A stretch of DNA of 64,000 nucleotides from Candidatus Latescibacterota bacterium (GCA_965200315.1 OZ241362.1:2176001-2240000); one strand, 5' to 3'. Positions 28,615-38,958 are shown, counted from the stretch's first letter. Program-made: numbers and translations. The notes: generated by a model not told the origin, from the sequence alone.

Positions 28615-28806
28615 ACTGACGTTGCGCATTGTAGGGGCGACCTTTATGGTTGCCCGCCTTGGCGCTGGTGGGCTGAATGCGTCGATGCCTCGATTCCCGC
28701 ATGCGCGGGAATGACCCGGGCGACGGGGGGAAGAATGGGAACTCGGCTTCGACAAGCTCAACTAGCGGGACGATCCAGCCCCGGCTCATTCCTGCGTAAC
28801 ACCAGT
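28615..28806. mobile_element. MITE-like element with 14-bp imperfect TIRs, 5-bp target duplication TCGTA and nested REP-like palindromes
   Basis: Ends ACTGACGTTGCGCA ... TGCGTAACACCAGT; TCGTA at 28610-28614 and 28807-28811. Interior contains GTAGGGGCGACC..GGTTGCCC, ATTCCCGCATGCGCGGGAAT and CTTCGACAAGCTCA. Confidence 0.75.
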
Positions 28807-28828
28807 TCGTAATTCGCAATTGACAGGT

Positions 28829-30133
28829 ATGAAACGCCGAGATGTTCTCAAATACCTTGCTGCCGCTTTCGCCGGTGGATGCGGCCGCTATCTGCCCGGG
28901 GAAAATGTGCTGGAGATAGCCAACCTCCAGCCGCCTGCCGCCCAAGTGCCGATCAACCAGCTCATGTGGCGGGCCATAGAGCACTTCCGCGAGACGCATC
29001 CAGATGTCCAAGTCGAGCCCGCTAGCGGCGGCGGCGGCGGCTACCAAGAATTGATGATCCGCGTCATGGAGGGGCACCCGCCGGACATCATGTCTTTTGC
29101 CACGGCCGAGACCGGCCTGACCTACGCCTACGTCGAACAGGGGCACGTCCTCGATATAACCGAGCATCTCCAGCGGCCCTCTTGGGATACCCCGGGCAAA
29201 ACTTGGCTGGAGACCATTGACCCCCTATACCGAGGGCCGCTGACGTACCAAGGCCGCTATTACGCCATCCCCCAAAACGTGATTTCCCTTCAGGTGTATT
29301 GTAACGCCGAGCTGTACCAACGCGCCGGTGCCAGCCTCAACCCGCAGACTTGGGATCAGTTTCTCGACAACTGCGAGCGCCTCAAGCGCGCCGGCATAGT
29401 TCCCATTACCCAAGACGGCATCCACTGGTACACGAGCTGGTGGTTCGATCACCTAGCCCAGCGCATCCTCGGTGCCGACAAGGTGCGCCAAGCCTTCCGC
29501 GATCCCCAGCGCCGGACCCCATGGACCGAACCCGGGTTTCTCCAAGCTGCCCGCATGGTCGAACAGATGCTGAATCGAGGGTATTTCGCCGAGGGGTTTG
29601 CCGGCCTCAATCACATTGAGTCCGAGCTTTTGTTTTGGCAGGGGCGAGCGGCGACCGTCTTTGTCGGCAGTTGGTTTACCAGCGGCCGAACCGCAATAAT
29701 CGGGAAGGACTTTCCCCTGTACGCCTTTCGCTTTCCCGCAGTCGAGGGCGGGCGCGGAAATCCGCACGACCTGATCGGCACGGTCAACACCCAGAGCATC
29801 CCCTCTCTGGCCCGCCAGCCCGAGCGGGCAGCGGAGTTTCTGCGCTTGGTCAACAGCCACTGGTTCCAAGAGCAGATGGTGCAACAGGCCCAGATGATCA
29901 GCCCGCTCGTTGGGATGCCGCTGCCCGGCATCCAACAAGGCTTAGATCAGATCCTCGCCAAAACCGAGCAGTTCTACTCATTTTCCTTTGGGCTAGAAGG
30001 GGCGCACCCGTTCTTGTATCGCCAATACTGGAACGAGTGGAACCAGTTCATGGTGGCGCGCGAGCTGTCGGCCCTCCAGCTCGTGGAAAACCTCGAAAGT
30101 ATATTTACCCGTTATTACGGACACTTGGGGTAG
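28829..30133 (+). CDS. ABC transporter extracellular solute-binding protein (family 1), probable Tat lipoprotein
   Basis: MKRRDVLK twin-arginine motif, FAGGC lipobox, GRYYAIP...YCNAELY...PQTWDQF. Confidence 0.88.
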   Translation: MKRRDVLKYLAAAFAGGCGRYLPGENVLEIANLQPPAAQVPINQLMWRAIEHFRETHPDVQVEPASGGGGGYQELMIRVMEGHPPDIMSFATAETGLTYAYVEQGHVLDITEHLQRPSWDTPGKTWLETIDPLYRGPLTYQGRYYAIPQNVISLQVYCNAELYQRAGASLNPQTWDQFLDNCERLKRAGIVPITQDGIHWYTSWWFDHLAQRILGADKVRQAFRDPQRRTPWTEPGFLQAARMVEQMLNRGYFAEGFAGLNHIESELLFWQGRAATVFVGSWFTSGRTAIIGKDFPLYAFRFPAVEGGRGNPHDLIGTVNTQSIPSLARQPERAAEFLRLVNSHWFQEQMVQQAQMISPLVGMPLPGIQQGLDQILAKTEQFYSFSFGLEGAHPFLYRQYWNEWNQFMVARELSALQLVENLESIFTRYYGHLG

Positions 30134-30138
30134 AATTG

Positions 30139-30425
30139 AAGGCAGGACGCGGGTCGCGCATCCGCTATATACCTCCAAGGAGGCTATCTTCCACCGCCCA
30201 CAGCCACAGCCAGATATGGACAAAGGAGCGTTGAAGTCCATGCGGCGCTTCTTGCGACAAGCAGGCGTAGAACCAGAGGTAGGAAATCATGCTGAACCAT
30301 AGGCCATGTCGAGTTCGACGACGAGGCGGGCCTCCTTCATGGCGAGGTGCTAGATCTCAAAGACGTCGTCACGTTTCAAGGACAGCTAAAGAACTAGAGC
30401 GAGCCTTTCGAGAATCGGTAGATAA
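30139..30425 (+). pseudogene. Degraded hicA-hicB toxin-antitoxin remnant
   Basis: Fragments translate as GRGSRI..FHRPQPQPDMDKGALKSMRRFLRQAGV (HicA-like) and GHVEFDDEAGLLHGEVLDLKDVVTFQG..KELERAFRESVD (HicB-like), with frameshifts and deletions. Confidence 0.8.
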
Positions 30426-30668
30426 ATGATAGTGCAGAAGGGTATAATGATGAAGGTGAGAGTACGGTGATCTACGGCTTTAATGAACTACTCAATCACT
30501 TCAACAAACTCTAGAGGCAATCCGAAATCCATGTCCATAACCAAGGCCGGAGGGCCGAGATCGCCAGCCCATTCAAATTGATCCAGCATACGTCGGAAAG
30601 AGGCTACGGCAATGTAGGGAGTCGGTCAGCAGAAGGCTGGTCCAACTCGTCTCCCCAACCGCTAACCG

Positions 30669-31499
30669 CTATGCGCCAGCGCGGTCGATCCACTTATAGG
30701 CGGCTTTGGCGTTGCGCCAGAAAAACTTTTCCGTCGCCTCTTTGCCGCGTGCGGTAAAATACGTCATCACCAAGCGCTGTATGTCAGCGTACTTGCGACC
30801 ACTGCGGTCGGATACCGGCCAGTCGCTGCCGTAAATCAGCCGGTCCTCCCCGAACATATCCCATAGCGCGTCGAGCACCGGGGCGTAAAAGTCCACGTCC
30901 GTCGGCGCTGGCTTGACTTGGCTGCGCAAATCCATCAGCCCCGACACCTTGCAATAGACCTGCGGATGCGCCGCGGCCTGGCGCATCAATTCCAACCGCG
31001 CCGGATCGGGCGGCTGGCCGTCGATCGGGATGCCGCCGATGTGGTTTATGACGATGCGCAACTCGGGGAAGCGCTCCGCCAGCGCGGGCACGCCCTCGTG
31101 CAAACCCGTATCCAGTTCCAGATCGTTGGCTACTAGCATCTCAGCAGCGGCCAAGCCGTGACTTTCCGTTGCATGTACGCGAGCGCGGATGCCGACGAAG
31201 ACCGGATCGGCGGCAAAGCGCTCCAAGTGAGCGGCAAAGTCCGGGTCGTCGGGCTCGAGGTGGCCGACCAATCCCACGATGAAGGGATCGGCGGCGGCCA
31301 AGTCGAGTACCCACTGGTTGTCCTCGACCCACGGGCTGCACTCGACCATGACCGTGCCCGTCACGCCCTCGGGAACGGCCAAAGCCTTGTAGTCTTCGGG
31401 CAGCGCACGCCGGTAGAGAATCTCGTCGTCTTTTTCCGGCCAAGGCACACCTTGGGGTCGGAACGGATCGTAGAAATGGGTGTGGGTATCAATGATCAT
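30669..31499 (-). CDS. Amidohydrolase-2 family protein (L-fucono/rhamnono-lactonase-like)
   Basis: IIDTHTHF, VINHIG, YCKVSGL and LIYGSDWPV motifs; start MIIDTH at 31499. Confidence 0.88.
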   Translation of the reverse strand: MIIDTHTHFYDPFRPQGVPWPEKDDEILYRRALPEDYKALAVPEGVTGTVMVECSPWVEDNQWVLDLAAADPFIVGLVGHLEPDDPDFAAHLERFAADPVFVGIRARVHATESHGLAAAEMLVANDLELDTGLHEGVPALAERFPELRIVINHIGGIPIDGQPPDPARLELMRQAAAHPQVYCKVSGLMDLRSQVKPAPTDVDFYAPVLDALWDMFGEDRLIYGSDWPVSDRSGRKYADIQRLVMTYFTARGKEATEKFFWRNAKAAYKWIDRAGA

Positions 31500-31533
31500 C
31501 GAAATCGCTCCTTTTTTAAGTATGCCGCACAGC

Positions 31534-32496
31534 TCATTTACCGTCCGCAGAGGACGGTTGCACCGCATCCTGCTCCGTAGGCATACGCCAGTTTTGCGCC
31601 TCATCTAACGTAATAGTGCGAAAATCGGGCATCCGGTCGGCGTCGCGGTCCTGATGCTGATGGCCACCTAGGATGTACATCGAGTGCTTGCGCCCCGACC
31701 CCGGGCGGTCGGCGTCGAGCAGCCGGAATCCTATATGCAGCGTCTGGCCCGGCGCGAAAACGTGCCGCTTGCTCTCCTCATGGCTGGCCCCCAGCACATC
31801 CCACAAGGCCGCTTTCCACTCAAAGGTATATTCGACGTGCAAAGTGCCGTTGGCCGCGTCGGGCGGGCGCATCGTCCAAGCGATGTCGAAGTGGGGTTTG
31901 TGCATCGCCCACAGGAACTCCTCTAAGAAAGGATCGTGGTGCTGGTCGAGAAAGCCGGCCTGGCCGTGGGGCAGGCGCGGGTGCTTCAACGGCAGCACCC
32001 GCGCATAGTAGCGTTGGCCGTTGACCAGTTCCTCGCGGGTGAACCCGTAGATGCTGCCGCCGGAGTGGTCGGAATCCACGGTAATCGACAGCGTATCGTC
32101 CTGCCACCACTTGAGGGGGGCTTCGTTTTCGATCTTGAGGGTATCGTCGCTGATTCGGGCGAAGCAGTACCAGCTATTGTCCGGAGGCGGACTCCAAGCT
32201 GTGTAGATGGTGAAGTCGAAATCGGCCGCATCGACGTAGTCTGATTCGCGGTCGAAGAATCCCTCCCGCTCCAGCGCGAGACGAGAGTCGAAAAAGGCCC
32301 AGTCGCCGTCGTCGCCATCTATGGTTATCGCCGCGGGATCGGGGACCTTGACGAAGGGGACCGTAACGCCGACATGGGCGGACGCGAGGCTGGTTAGGGA
32401 GAACGCCAAGACGAGACTTGTGAGGAAGGCACTGAACGGAGCGCAGCAATGCGCGTCCTTATCGCTAGCTATCGTCATATCTTTCCTCGCGTTCAA
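31534..32496 (-). CDS. Secreted CBM9/DOMON-like protein; paralogue of 41920-42831
   Basis: AHVGVT..VPDPAAITIDGDDGDW, DSDHSGG and DADRPGSGRKHSMYI shared with the 41920 protein; exact start uncertain. Confidence 0.7.
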   Translation of the reverse strand: MNARKDMTIASDKDAHCCAPFSAFLTSLVLAFSLTSLASAHVGVTVPFVKVPDPAAITIDGDDGDWAFFDSRLALEREGFFDRESDYVDAADFDFTIYTAWSPPPDNSWYCFARISDDTLKIENEAPLKWWQDDTLSITVDSDHSGGSIYGFTREELVNGQRYYARVLPLKHPRLPHGQAGFLDQHHDPFLEEFLWAMHKPHFDIAWTMRPPDAANGTLHVEYTFEWKAALWDVLGASHEESKRHVFAPGQTLHIGFRLLDADRPGSGRKHSMYILGGHQHQDRDADRMPDFRTITLDEAQNWRMPTEQDAVQPSSADGK

Positions 32497-32661
32497 TTAA
32501 TACCCAGTACCATTTTCAATGCGTTGAACGACCTCGTGGAAGAAATCCCGCGACCAAATGTCGATGGTGCGGGTCGCGCACGAACCGATTATACCGCAAT
32601 AAATTAGTGGACATTGTATGCTAAAAATGTGAGAACCTGTCCACTACGAGCACGTCGCAGC

Positions 32662-35037
32662 CTAGTAGGCTACGCTGATAATGCGGTGCTGACTCGCAGC
32701 CCCGGCTTGGGCCTCTACCTCCACTCGACACAGGTACGAACCGGGGGGGACTACGCGTTCGTCTTGATCTTGGCCGCTCCAAATGTAGAGATAGGACTGG
32801 TCGGGCTGGCGCAGCCCCTCAAGGATGCGGACGAGCCGGCCATCGAGGGTGTAAATCCGCACTTGGGCCGGTGCGTCCGTCTTCAAGATGTGGAAGCGGA
32901 TTTCCGCAACGTCGCCGATCCCATCGCCGTTGGGGCTGAGGAACGATTGCACCGCGAGGTTGGTGATCAACTGGTCAGTGCCCGGAACGCTGGGCAAATA
33001 CACGGTTGTAGCGGCGCGGCGCAGCGGATCAACCGGCTGCCACACCGCTAGCTGCCCCTCGTTGCCGATGAAGGCCCGAAAGAGCGTGGCGTTGCGCTCT
33101 ACGACCGTACTAAATGTCAGCGCAACTTCCTCGCGCCGCACTGTGCGCGGCAGTTCCACAAGCAGCGAATCGCCAGCGACGCGCACCGCGGCTGGCTCGG
33201 CTTCGGCACCGCCTATAGTGAGAGCAAGCGAGTCGGGGTCGGCGGGCGACGGGATTTGCAGCAGGATGCGATCAAACCCGGGGTTACGCGACGCAAACTC
33301 TGGAGTTATGTGGAACGAAAAAAGCTGGCGCATGCCCGCCTCGGCCGTACGCGGCAGCACCTCGCCGGTAACTCCGGCGAGAAAGGCGTCGGTAAATTCA
33401 ATCTCCAAGGCGTGTACAGTCGGCGCAGTGATCGGGCGGTCTGAGCTGAGGATGAGCTGGACTTGGACGAAGCGGCGCGGGCTGGGAGACAGAAACTGCT
33501 CGCCGGAGCGCTGGTAAAAATTGCTCCACTCGCTCCAGTCCTCGTCAATGCCGATAGTGCTCTGGGTCTCGCCCCGCAGCGCCTTCGGCATCTGGTCGTA
33601 CTGCTCGGCCGTCACTTCGGTGCCATCCTTGCGGAAGTAGCGAAAATTTTCTTGCAGCTCGTTGCCCGAGCGAGTGCGCGCCTGAATGCGAGCACCCGGG
33701 GGCAGGTCGGCTTCCCAGAGCAGGGATTTGATCACCTTCGCCCGATTGTCGCCGGCGATTTTCCCCAAGTCGATAAAGTCCGAACTCATCTCCACTTGGG
33801 CCACGTGGCCCACCGCAAACACGAGCGTCTCAATCAAAAAGCCGCTCTGGAACTGGAAGCTAGTCTGCGAGCCGCCACCACCGACCCATTCGGCCGCGAT
33901 AAAGCGAACCGGGCGCGGCTCAAAAAGATACGTCAATTGGCCGGGGAATTCGGTCGAGGACGCGAGCAAGGCATCTGTATCGCCGACGAAGAGCTGGTCT
34001 AAATCGACTTCGCCCGTCAGGGTGCGGCGACCGTTGGAAACGCTCAAGCTATGGGTGCGAATCTGGGGCAGGTTGGAGCCGTACGTCAGGGTGCGGAGGA
34101 GAAAATCCGAAGTGCGCATCACGATCCGATCCACCCAGAATAGCGCACCCAAGTCCCAATCCCAAGCAATGGGGTCTTGACCGCGCTCCCGCCGTGCTCC
34201 CCAATCGGTATTGGCGTTGCCGTCGGCCATCTTGAAAGGAAAGCCCCGGCCCGAGCGCTCCTGAATCGCGCCGCCGCGCTCTAGGGTCTGCAAGGCAATG
34301 TTTTCCCCGAGCGTGTACACTTCCACCTCGGCAAGGGCTGCGTCCGGCGTCTTGGCATCTACCAGAATCCTTATGAATTGCAGCAGGTCATAGGTAGTGT
34401 CCTCAGTCTCCTCGCGTGCGCCCCGCTCCCGCGTCACCTCCCTCACCAGCGGCTTCACATCATAGGTCACCACGGTCTCGTCAATGGGCTTGGTGGTGCC
34501 GCCTATCAGGTGAAAAGAGAATATGTCTTGGCGCGTCACGCGGCGTCCCTCGGAGCCGAAGACTCGGAATTCGCGGAAGGGCCGCGCACCCTCTTGATCG
34601 GGGAAAATGAGGCGAATCTCCGACACGAGTACAGCCCTTCCTAGGTTGATCTCGATCCACCAGTCCTCTAAGGGAGCGTCCGGGTCGGGTTGCCAAAAAG
34701 TCTGGGCGCGGCCGTCTATGGCCCGGCCGGCCGTTGCGAGATTGGTGCCGGCCTTCCACGCGCCACCGCGCATCTCTTTGCCGCTCACCAACTCGTGGGT
34801 GAATTCGTCCGCATTGACCGCGGCGTTGTGGACGCCCTTGAATTCGAGGGGGGTCACCGAGCCGGTTGGGGAAAATGTGAGGGTCCCGGCCGGAAAGGTC
34901 CACTGCTGCCACTCGGCTTTGCGGTCCACCCGGTACACCTCCAGATCGGCACTCCGAGTCTGGGCGTACGTCGCCAGCACGAGGGCGGCCAAACTCAAAC
35001 CCGCGAACAGGAGGAACGTTGAGCGAATGCGCTGCAT
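32662..35037 (-). CDS. Secreted discoidin-like / FlgD-Ig type B CTD-like protein, long form
   Basis: AIDGRAQTFW, WIEINLGR, WSEWS, SPSPRRF and FLSPNGDGIGD motifs; ends SVAY; start MQRIRS with RBS. Confidence 0.8.
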   Translation of the reverse strand: MQRIRSTFLLFAGLSLAALVLATYAQTRSADLEVYRVDRKAEWQQWTFPAGTLTFSPTGSVTPLEFKGVHNAAVNADEFTHELVSGKEMRGGAWKAGTNLATAGRAIDGRAQTFWQPDPDAPLEDWWIEINLGRAVLVSEIRLIFPDQEGARPFREFRVFGSEGRRVTRQDIFSFHLIGGTTKPIDETVVTYDVKPLVREVTRERGAREETEDTTYDLLQFIRILVDAKTPDAALAEVEVYTLGENIALQTLERGGAIQERSGRGFPFKMADGNANTDWGARRERGQDPIAWDWDLGALFWVDRIVMRTSDFLLRTLTYGSNLPQIRTHSLSVSNGRRTLTGEVDLDQLFVGDTDALLASSTEFPGQLTYLFEPRPVRFIAAEWVGGGGSQTSFQFQSGFLIETLVFAVGHVAQVEMSSDFIDLGKIAGDNRAKVIKSLLWEADLPPGARIQARTRSGNELQENFRYFRKDGTEVTAEQYDQMPKALRGETQSTIGIDEDWSEWSNFYQRSGEQFLSPSPRRFVQVQLILSSDRPITAPTVHALEIEFTDAFLAGVTGEVLPRTAEAGMRQLFSFHITPEFASRNPGFDRILLQIPSPADPDSLALTIGGAEAEPAAVRVAGDSLLVELPRTVRREEVALTFSTVVERNATLFRAFIGNEGQLAVWQPVDPLRRAATTVYLPSVPGTDQLITNLAVQSFLSPNGDGIGDVAEIRFHILKTDAPAQVRIYTLDGRLVRILEGLRQPDQSYLYIWSGQDQDERVVPPGSYLCRVEVEAQAGAASQHRIISVAY

Positions 35038-35050
35038 AGCCTCTCCTTTT

Positions 35051-36964
35051 TTAGTAGGCAACGCCCACTGCACCGAGGCGCGTGAAGCGCTCGCGCTCGG
35101 CGTCGGCAGTCACCTCGGCGAGGTAAAGCCCCACGGGCACTGGATTGCCGCTGTCGTCGAGACCGTCCCATTCCCAAGCAAAAGAGCCGCTGCTGCGTAC
35201 GCCGGCAAACAAGGTGCGCACCCGCTGGCCGCCAAGCGAGAAAATCCGCACGGCCAACTGCACGGGTTGCTGGAGCTGGACCAAAGTACCGGAGATGCGC
35301 ACGCGCTCGTTGACCCCGTCGCCGTTGGGCGTCACCACGGCCGGCTGCACCGCAAAAAACGGGAGCAGGTTGCGCGCCGAAGCAGCCGTGGTCAGCACGC
35401 GCAAGTCGTTGGTCCAGACCGTAGGGTTGGCGTCTCCGGACAGGACCTGCTGAGGAGCCTCATCGCTTTGGGTGTCGAAGACTCGGGCGCGAAAGAACGT
35501 GGATTGAACGAAAACTTCGGCGTCGAAAACGACGCGCAACGCACTCGGCGATTGGTGCGTCAGCCGTTGGCTCGGAAAGAATAGCTTCAGGCCCCGCTCG
35601 CCCTCGACGACGCTGTCGGGCGCGGTCGCGACGGGCGGATCGCCGGTGAACATTTCCTTGAACTGCGGCCTAGCGGGCGTGAGGATCTCCAAGGCGTCAA
35701 AGCCCACATCCGTCTCGATGATGTCGGCGCGGATGTCGTAGGCAAACGTCGAGAGTTCGCCGGCCGGCACTCGGGGCTTGTTGCCCAAGGGGCGGGGGGT
35801 TTCCAGCACGGAAATTTCTCCTATGAGCTGCTGGGCCAGCGGCGGAATGGAGTGCTCGACCACCAGCGAGTTGACCCGTATGCCGTCGAGGATAGAGTGG
35901 CTGGTGAGCGCGATTTCGAGCTGGAAGAAACGACGCGGGCTAGGCAGCTCAATCCGCTGGCCAGACTCGGCAAAGGGCGGCGACCACTCACTCCAGTTGA
36001 CTTGGTCGTCTTCGACCGGGCCGCGCACGTTCAGGCCCAGCCTGCCGTAATCGCCTTCGGAGACTTCCTGCACATCGCCGGTGAAGACATTGACGATTTC
36101 GTAGAACACCTGCGGAGTATCGTCGCGGCCCGTGCGCATGCGAATAGAGACTTCTGCATCGGCCATTGGCTCGACATCGATGCGGCCCTCTTGCTGGCGC
36201 AAGGTCTCGGTCGTCCACCGCAGGCGACTGAAGTTGGCCACTTCGCCCAAGTCGATGATCTTGGACAGATAGCGCCCCCCCGGCGGAAAGCCCGCTCCGT
36301 ACACCTCAAACTCGGCGATCTCAAAGGGATTGGTCGAAGTAACGTTGAGTTGGATGTAGCGGACGAATTGCAAGGGGAAGGGAATTTGCGCCACGCTTTC
36401 CGTGGTAAAATCCACTTGGGTCAGCAGGTTGTACACCGGCAGGTTTTCCGGCGTGAAGCTCACGCCATCGCTGACCTGAATTTTATAGCCGCGGATGAAG
36501 TCGTCGGCAAAGGGCCGCCCGCGGCTGTCGGCCCCTTCTGGGCGCGGGAAAAACGAGATGCGGTTGACAGGGAAGCGCGTGCCCAAGTCAAAGAAAAAAG
36601 CCCGGCCCGCTTGCAATACTCCGAATTCCTTGAAGCGATTTTCGCTGGCGGTCTGCACTTCGCCATCGACGAGCGGGGCATTGCTCTGCTTGAAGGGCAC
36701 GTTGTCCCACACCCGCGCCTCGGCCTCACTGATGAAGTCCAAGGGAAAGCCCTCGGTCCATCTTAGCTGCCGGACGATGTTGTCGTTGGGATTAAAACCC
36801 ACCAATTGAATGGCCCCGGCAGCATCAAAGCTGATGGCCGTGGAATTTAGCTCGTCGTCCTTCCAAGAGCGACCCGCACCGCCCAATTCCCACTCCTCGC
36901 CCGCCGCGCCCGCGGCCATGACCAGCACCATAGAAGCACAAGACAGCGATCTGAACGCGCGCAA
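35051..36964 (-). CDS. Secreted discoidin-like / FlgD-Ig type B CTD-like protein, short form
   Basis: FDLGTRFPVNR, SKIIDLG, WSEWS, PSPRRF and VTPNGDGVNE...WDGLD motifs; ends GVAY. Confidence 0.8.
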   Translation of the reverse strand: MRAFRSLSCASMVLVMAAGAAGEEWELGGAGRSWKDDELNSTAISFDAAGAIQLVGFNPNDNIVRQLRWTEGFPLDFISEAEARVWDNVPFKQSNAPLVDGEVQTASENRFKEFGVLQAGRAFFFDLGTRFPVNRISFFPRPEGADSRGRPFADDFIRGYKIQVSDGVSFTPENLPVYNLLTQVDFTTESVAQIPFPLQFVRYIQLNVTSTNPFEIAEFEVYGAGFPPGGRYLSKIIDLGEVANFSRLRWTTETLRQQEGRIDVEPMADAEVSIRMRTGRDDTPQVFYEIVNVFTGDVQEVSEGDYGRLGLNVRGPVEDDQVNWSEWSPPFAESGQRIELPSPRRFFQLEIALTSHSILDGIRVNSLVVEHSIPPLAQQLIGEISVLETPRPLGNKPRVPAGELSTFAYDIRADIIETDVGFDALEILTPARPQFKEMFTGDPPVATAPDSVVEGERGLKLFFPSQRLTHQSPSALRVVFDAEVFVQSTFFRARVFDTQSDEAPQQVLSGDANPTVWTNDLRVLTTAASARNLLPFFAVQPAVVTPNGDGVNERVRISGTLVQLQQPVQLAVRIFSLGGQRVRTLFAGVRSSGSFAWEWDGLDDSGNPVPVGLYLAEVTADAERERFTRLGAVGVAY

Positions 36965-37014
36965 AACAATTCCCTCACTATTTGGCGAAATATAGCCCGT
37001 TTTCACCCAGCACC

Positions 37015-38955
37015 TCAACCCCAGAAAATCACATTGCCGACCATGCCGGTAAAGTGATCGACAAACAGAAAAAGGCCCCCCGGCACGATGTGCCCGGCAA
37101 TCATGCCCATGAAAAAGGGGCGCGTCTTGCGGTAGAGCGCCACGCCGCCGTAGCGCAGCACCGCCACCTTAATAAGCCACGCCAAAAACATGTCGAACCA
37201 CAGGTGATCCATAATCCCGGTCGGGCCAATCGGGTAGCCGAGAGGATGGAGGGGCCACCAGACGTAGTACCAGCGCGCCAACATCAAGAGCAGCATCACG
37301 CCGGCCCCAATCCCGGTGTTGATCCAACCCCACAAATGCGGCTCGCTCGGCGTGCGAATCAAGCCAGCGGCATAGTCGTAGAACCCGTGCTGTCCCCCGG
37401 GAATTTTCAAGTTGAGCGCCCCGTACGAATAGCCCAGTTCCATAACCACCCACATCGACGAGACCATCCCGATGGCCATGGCCAAGAGCATCGTCCAAAA
37501 CAGCGGGCGTTTGGAACCGCCAAAGCCCTCGCCTAGCTTGAGACTGTTGGCGGCTGACGTCATGGCAAAACTGCGGCCAGTCGTCCAGAAATAGGTCGTC
37601 GCCAGCACGATCAATCCTTGGGCACCAATGGCCGACGAGCCAACAGCGGAGACGACGATGGCGGCCGAGCCGACCGGGACCGAACCGTCCGAAAGCCCTC
37701 CTTCGGCGATCAGGCGCGTAAAACCGACAAAGAGCGCGGCCGCAGTAAAGAGAAACGCTAGCGCGACCCAGACCGGCAAACCCGCCAGCGCGAGCCACGA
37801 GACCATCACCGCGCTGCTGGCCAGCAAGATGAGCGCAGCCATCCGGTAGGATAGAATTTCGCCGGAGTCCTCTACCGTTGGGTCGCCCCACAGGGCCTTG
37901 CGACAGACCGCCCACAGGTGCTTGCGGGCCGCGAACAAGCCAAATAGAAACAGCACCAACATGCCGCCCATCGACTGGTGGACGAGGATCGGGTCGATGA
38001 TCGAGTGCCCACCTCCTATCATCTCCGAACTGGTGACGCCCAAGACGGCAAATGTGGTGCGCAGGGCGTTGGCGAAGAGGTTAAAAAACCACAGGCTGAA
38101 GGCGATTTCGGTCTTGAGAAAGTAGAAAAAGCCCAAAATGTTGAAGCGAAATTTGAATTGCAGTTCGGACAGATTGTCGAAGATGGGCAGGATGAAGTGG
38201 ATGGGATCGACATTGGTGGCGATGGGCACGGTCTCCGGGAAGTAATTGTGTAGCCCGTGCAGGGTGCCCCATACAGCCGGCACGGCAAAGCCGGTCCACA
38301 TCACCGGGTTTTTGAAGAATGGGGCCATGCGGTCCCCTCCGGCGTCTTGCTCGGTGAGGGCCATCGGCACTTGGACCAGCGGATAGGTGAGCCGCTCGTA
38401 GTCGTTCCACTGCCTGCGCAGAATCGCCATCGCGGCAATCATCGCCAAGTACAAAGCCCACACAAACGGTGCCCAGCGCGAGAACATCGGCAACCAGCCG
38501 GCCCACGGGATGGCCTGGCCCTGCTCCAAGCCCTCGTAAAAAGGCCACATGATCGCTAGGTCGCGCGGTTCCAACCAGTCCGCTATGTGGGGTTGGATGA
38601 GCGTGTGCCAGTCGTTTTCCGGCGTGGCAAAGTAAAAGGGAGTGAGGATCGTGCCGATGAACCGGCCGGCAAAAAACACCGGTAGGGGCGAGGCCATGAC
38701 CATCATTATATAAATGAGTAGGAGCTCGCCGCGATTCAGCCCGGCTCGCGGATGGATCAGCTTGAGCAGCGGGTTGATCAAGCCAGCGAGGAAAAAGAGC
38801 AAGAACAGGGCACCGACCGTGCTGGTCCCGAGCGTCATGTACGAGCCGCGCAAAAAGAAGACCCCGTACGAGTCGCCCGCGGCCACGAAAAACGTAAACA
38901 GGCAGCCGAGAATCAGCGTCTTGGGCGTGAAGACTCCGGCCGCTGGGGGTTGCAA
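37015..38955 (-). CDS. DUF6785/DUF6784-like polytopic membrane protein (putative transporter)
   Basis: YFATPENDW, LRRQWNDYERLTYPLVQVP, RLIAEGG and WWPLHPLGY motifs; paralogue of 11286-13271. Confidence 0.8.
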   Translation of the reverse strand: MQPPAAGVFTPKTLILGCLFTFFVAAGDSYGVFFLRGSYMTLGTSTVGALFLLFFLAGLINPLLKLIHPRAGLNRGELLLIYIMMVMASPLPVFFAGRFIGTILTPFYFATPENDWHTLIQPHIADWLEPRDLAIMWPFYEGLEQGQAIPWAGWLPMFSRWAPFVWALYLAMIAAMAILRRQWNDYERLTYPLVQVPMALTEQDAGGDRMAPFFKNPVMWTGFAVPAVWGTLHGLHNYFPETVPIATNVDPIHFILPIFDNLSELQFKFRFNILGFFYFLKTEIAFSLWFFNLFANALRTTFAVLGVTSSEMIGGGHSIIDPILVHQSMGGMLVLFLFGLFAARKHLWAVCRKALWGDPTVEDSGEILSYRMAALILLASSAVMVSWLALAGLPVWVALAFLFTAAALFVGFTRLIAEGGLSDGSVPVGSAAIVVSAVGSSAIGAQGLIVLATTYFWTTGRSFAMTSAANSLKLGEGFGGSKRPLFWTMLLAMAIGMVSSMWVVMELGYSYGALNLKIPGGQHGFYDYAAGLIRTPSEPHLWGWINTGIGAGVMLLLMLARWYYVWWPLHPLGYPIGPTGIMDHLWFDMFLAWLIKVAVLRYGGVALYRKTRPFFMGMIAGHIVPGGLFLFVDHFTGMVGNVIFWG

Positions 38956-38958
38956 GGA

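Noticed and set aside
32590-32646. TAGTGGACA...TGTCCACTA inverted repeat, possibly an IS end
   Set aside because: Only 9 bp, with no target duplication or transposase identified; insufficient support.
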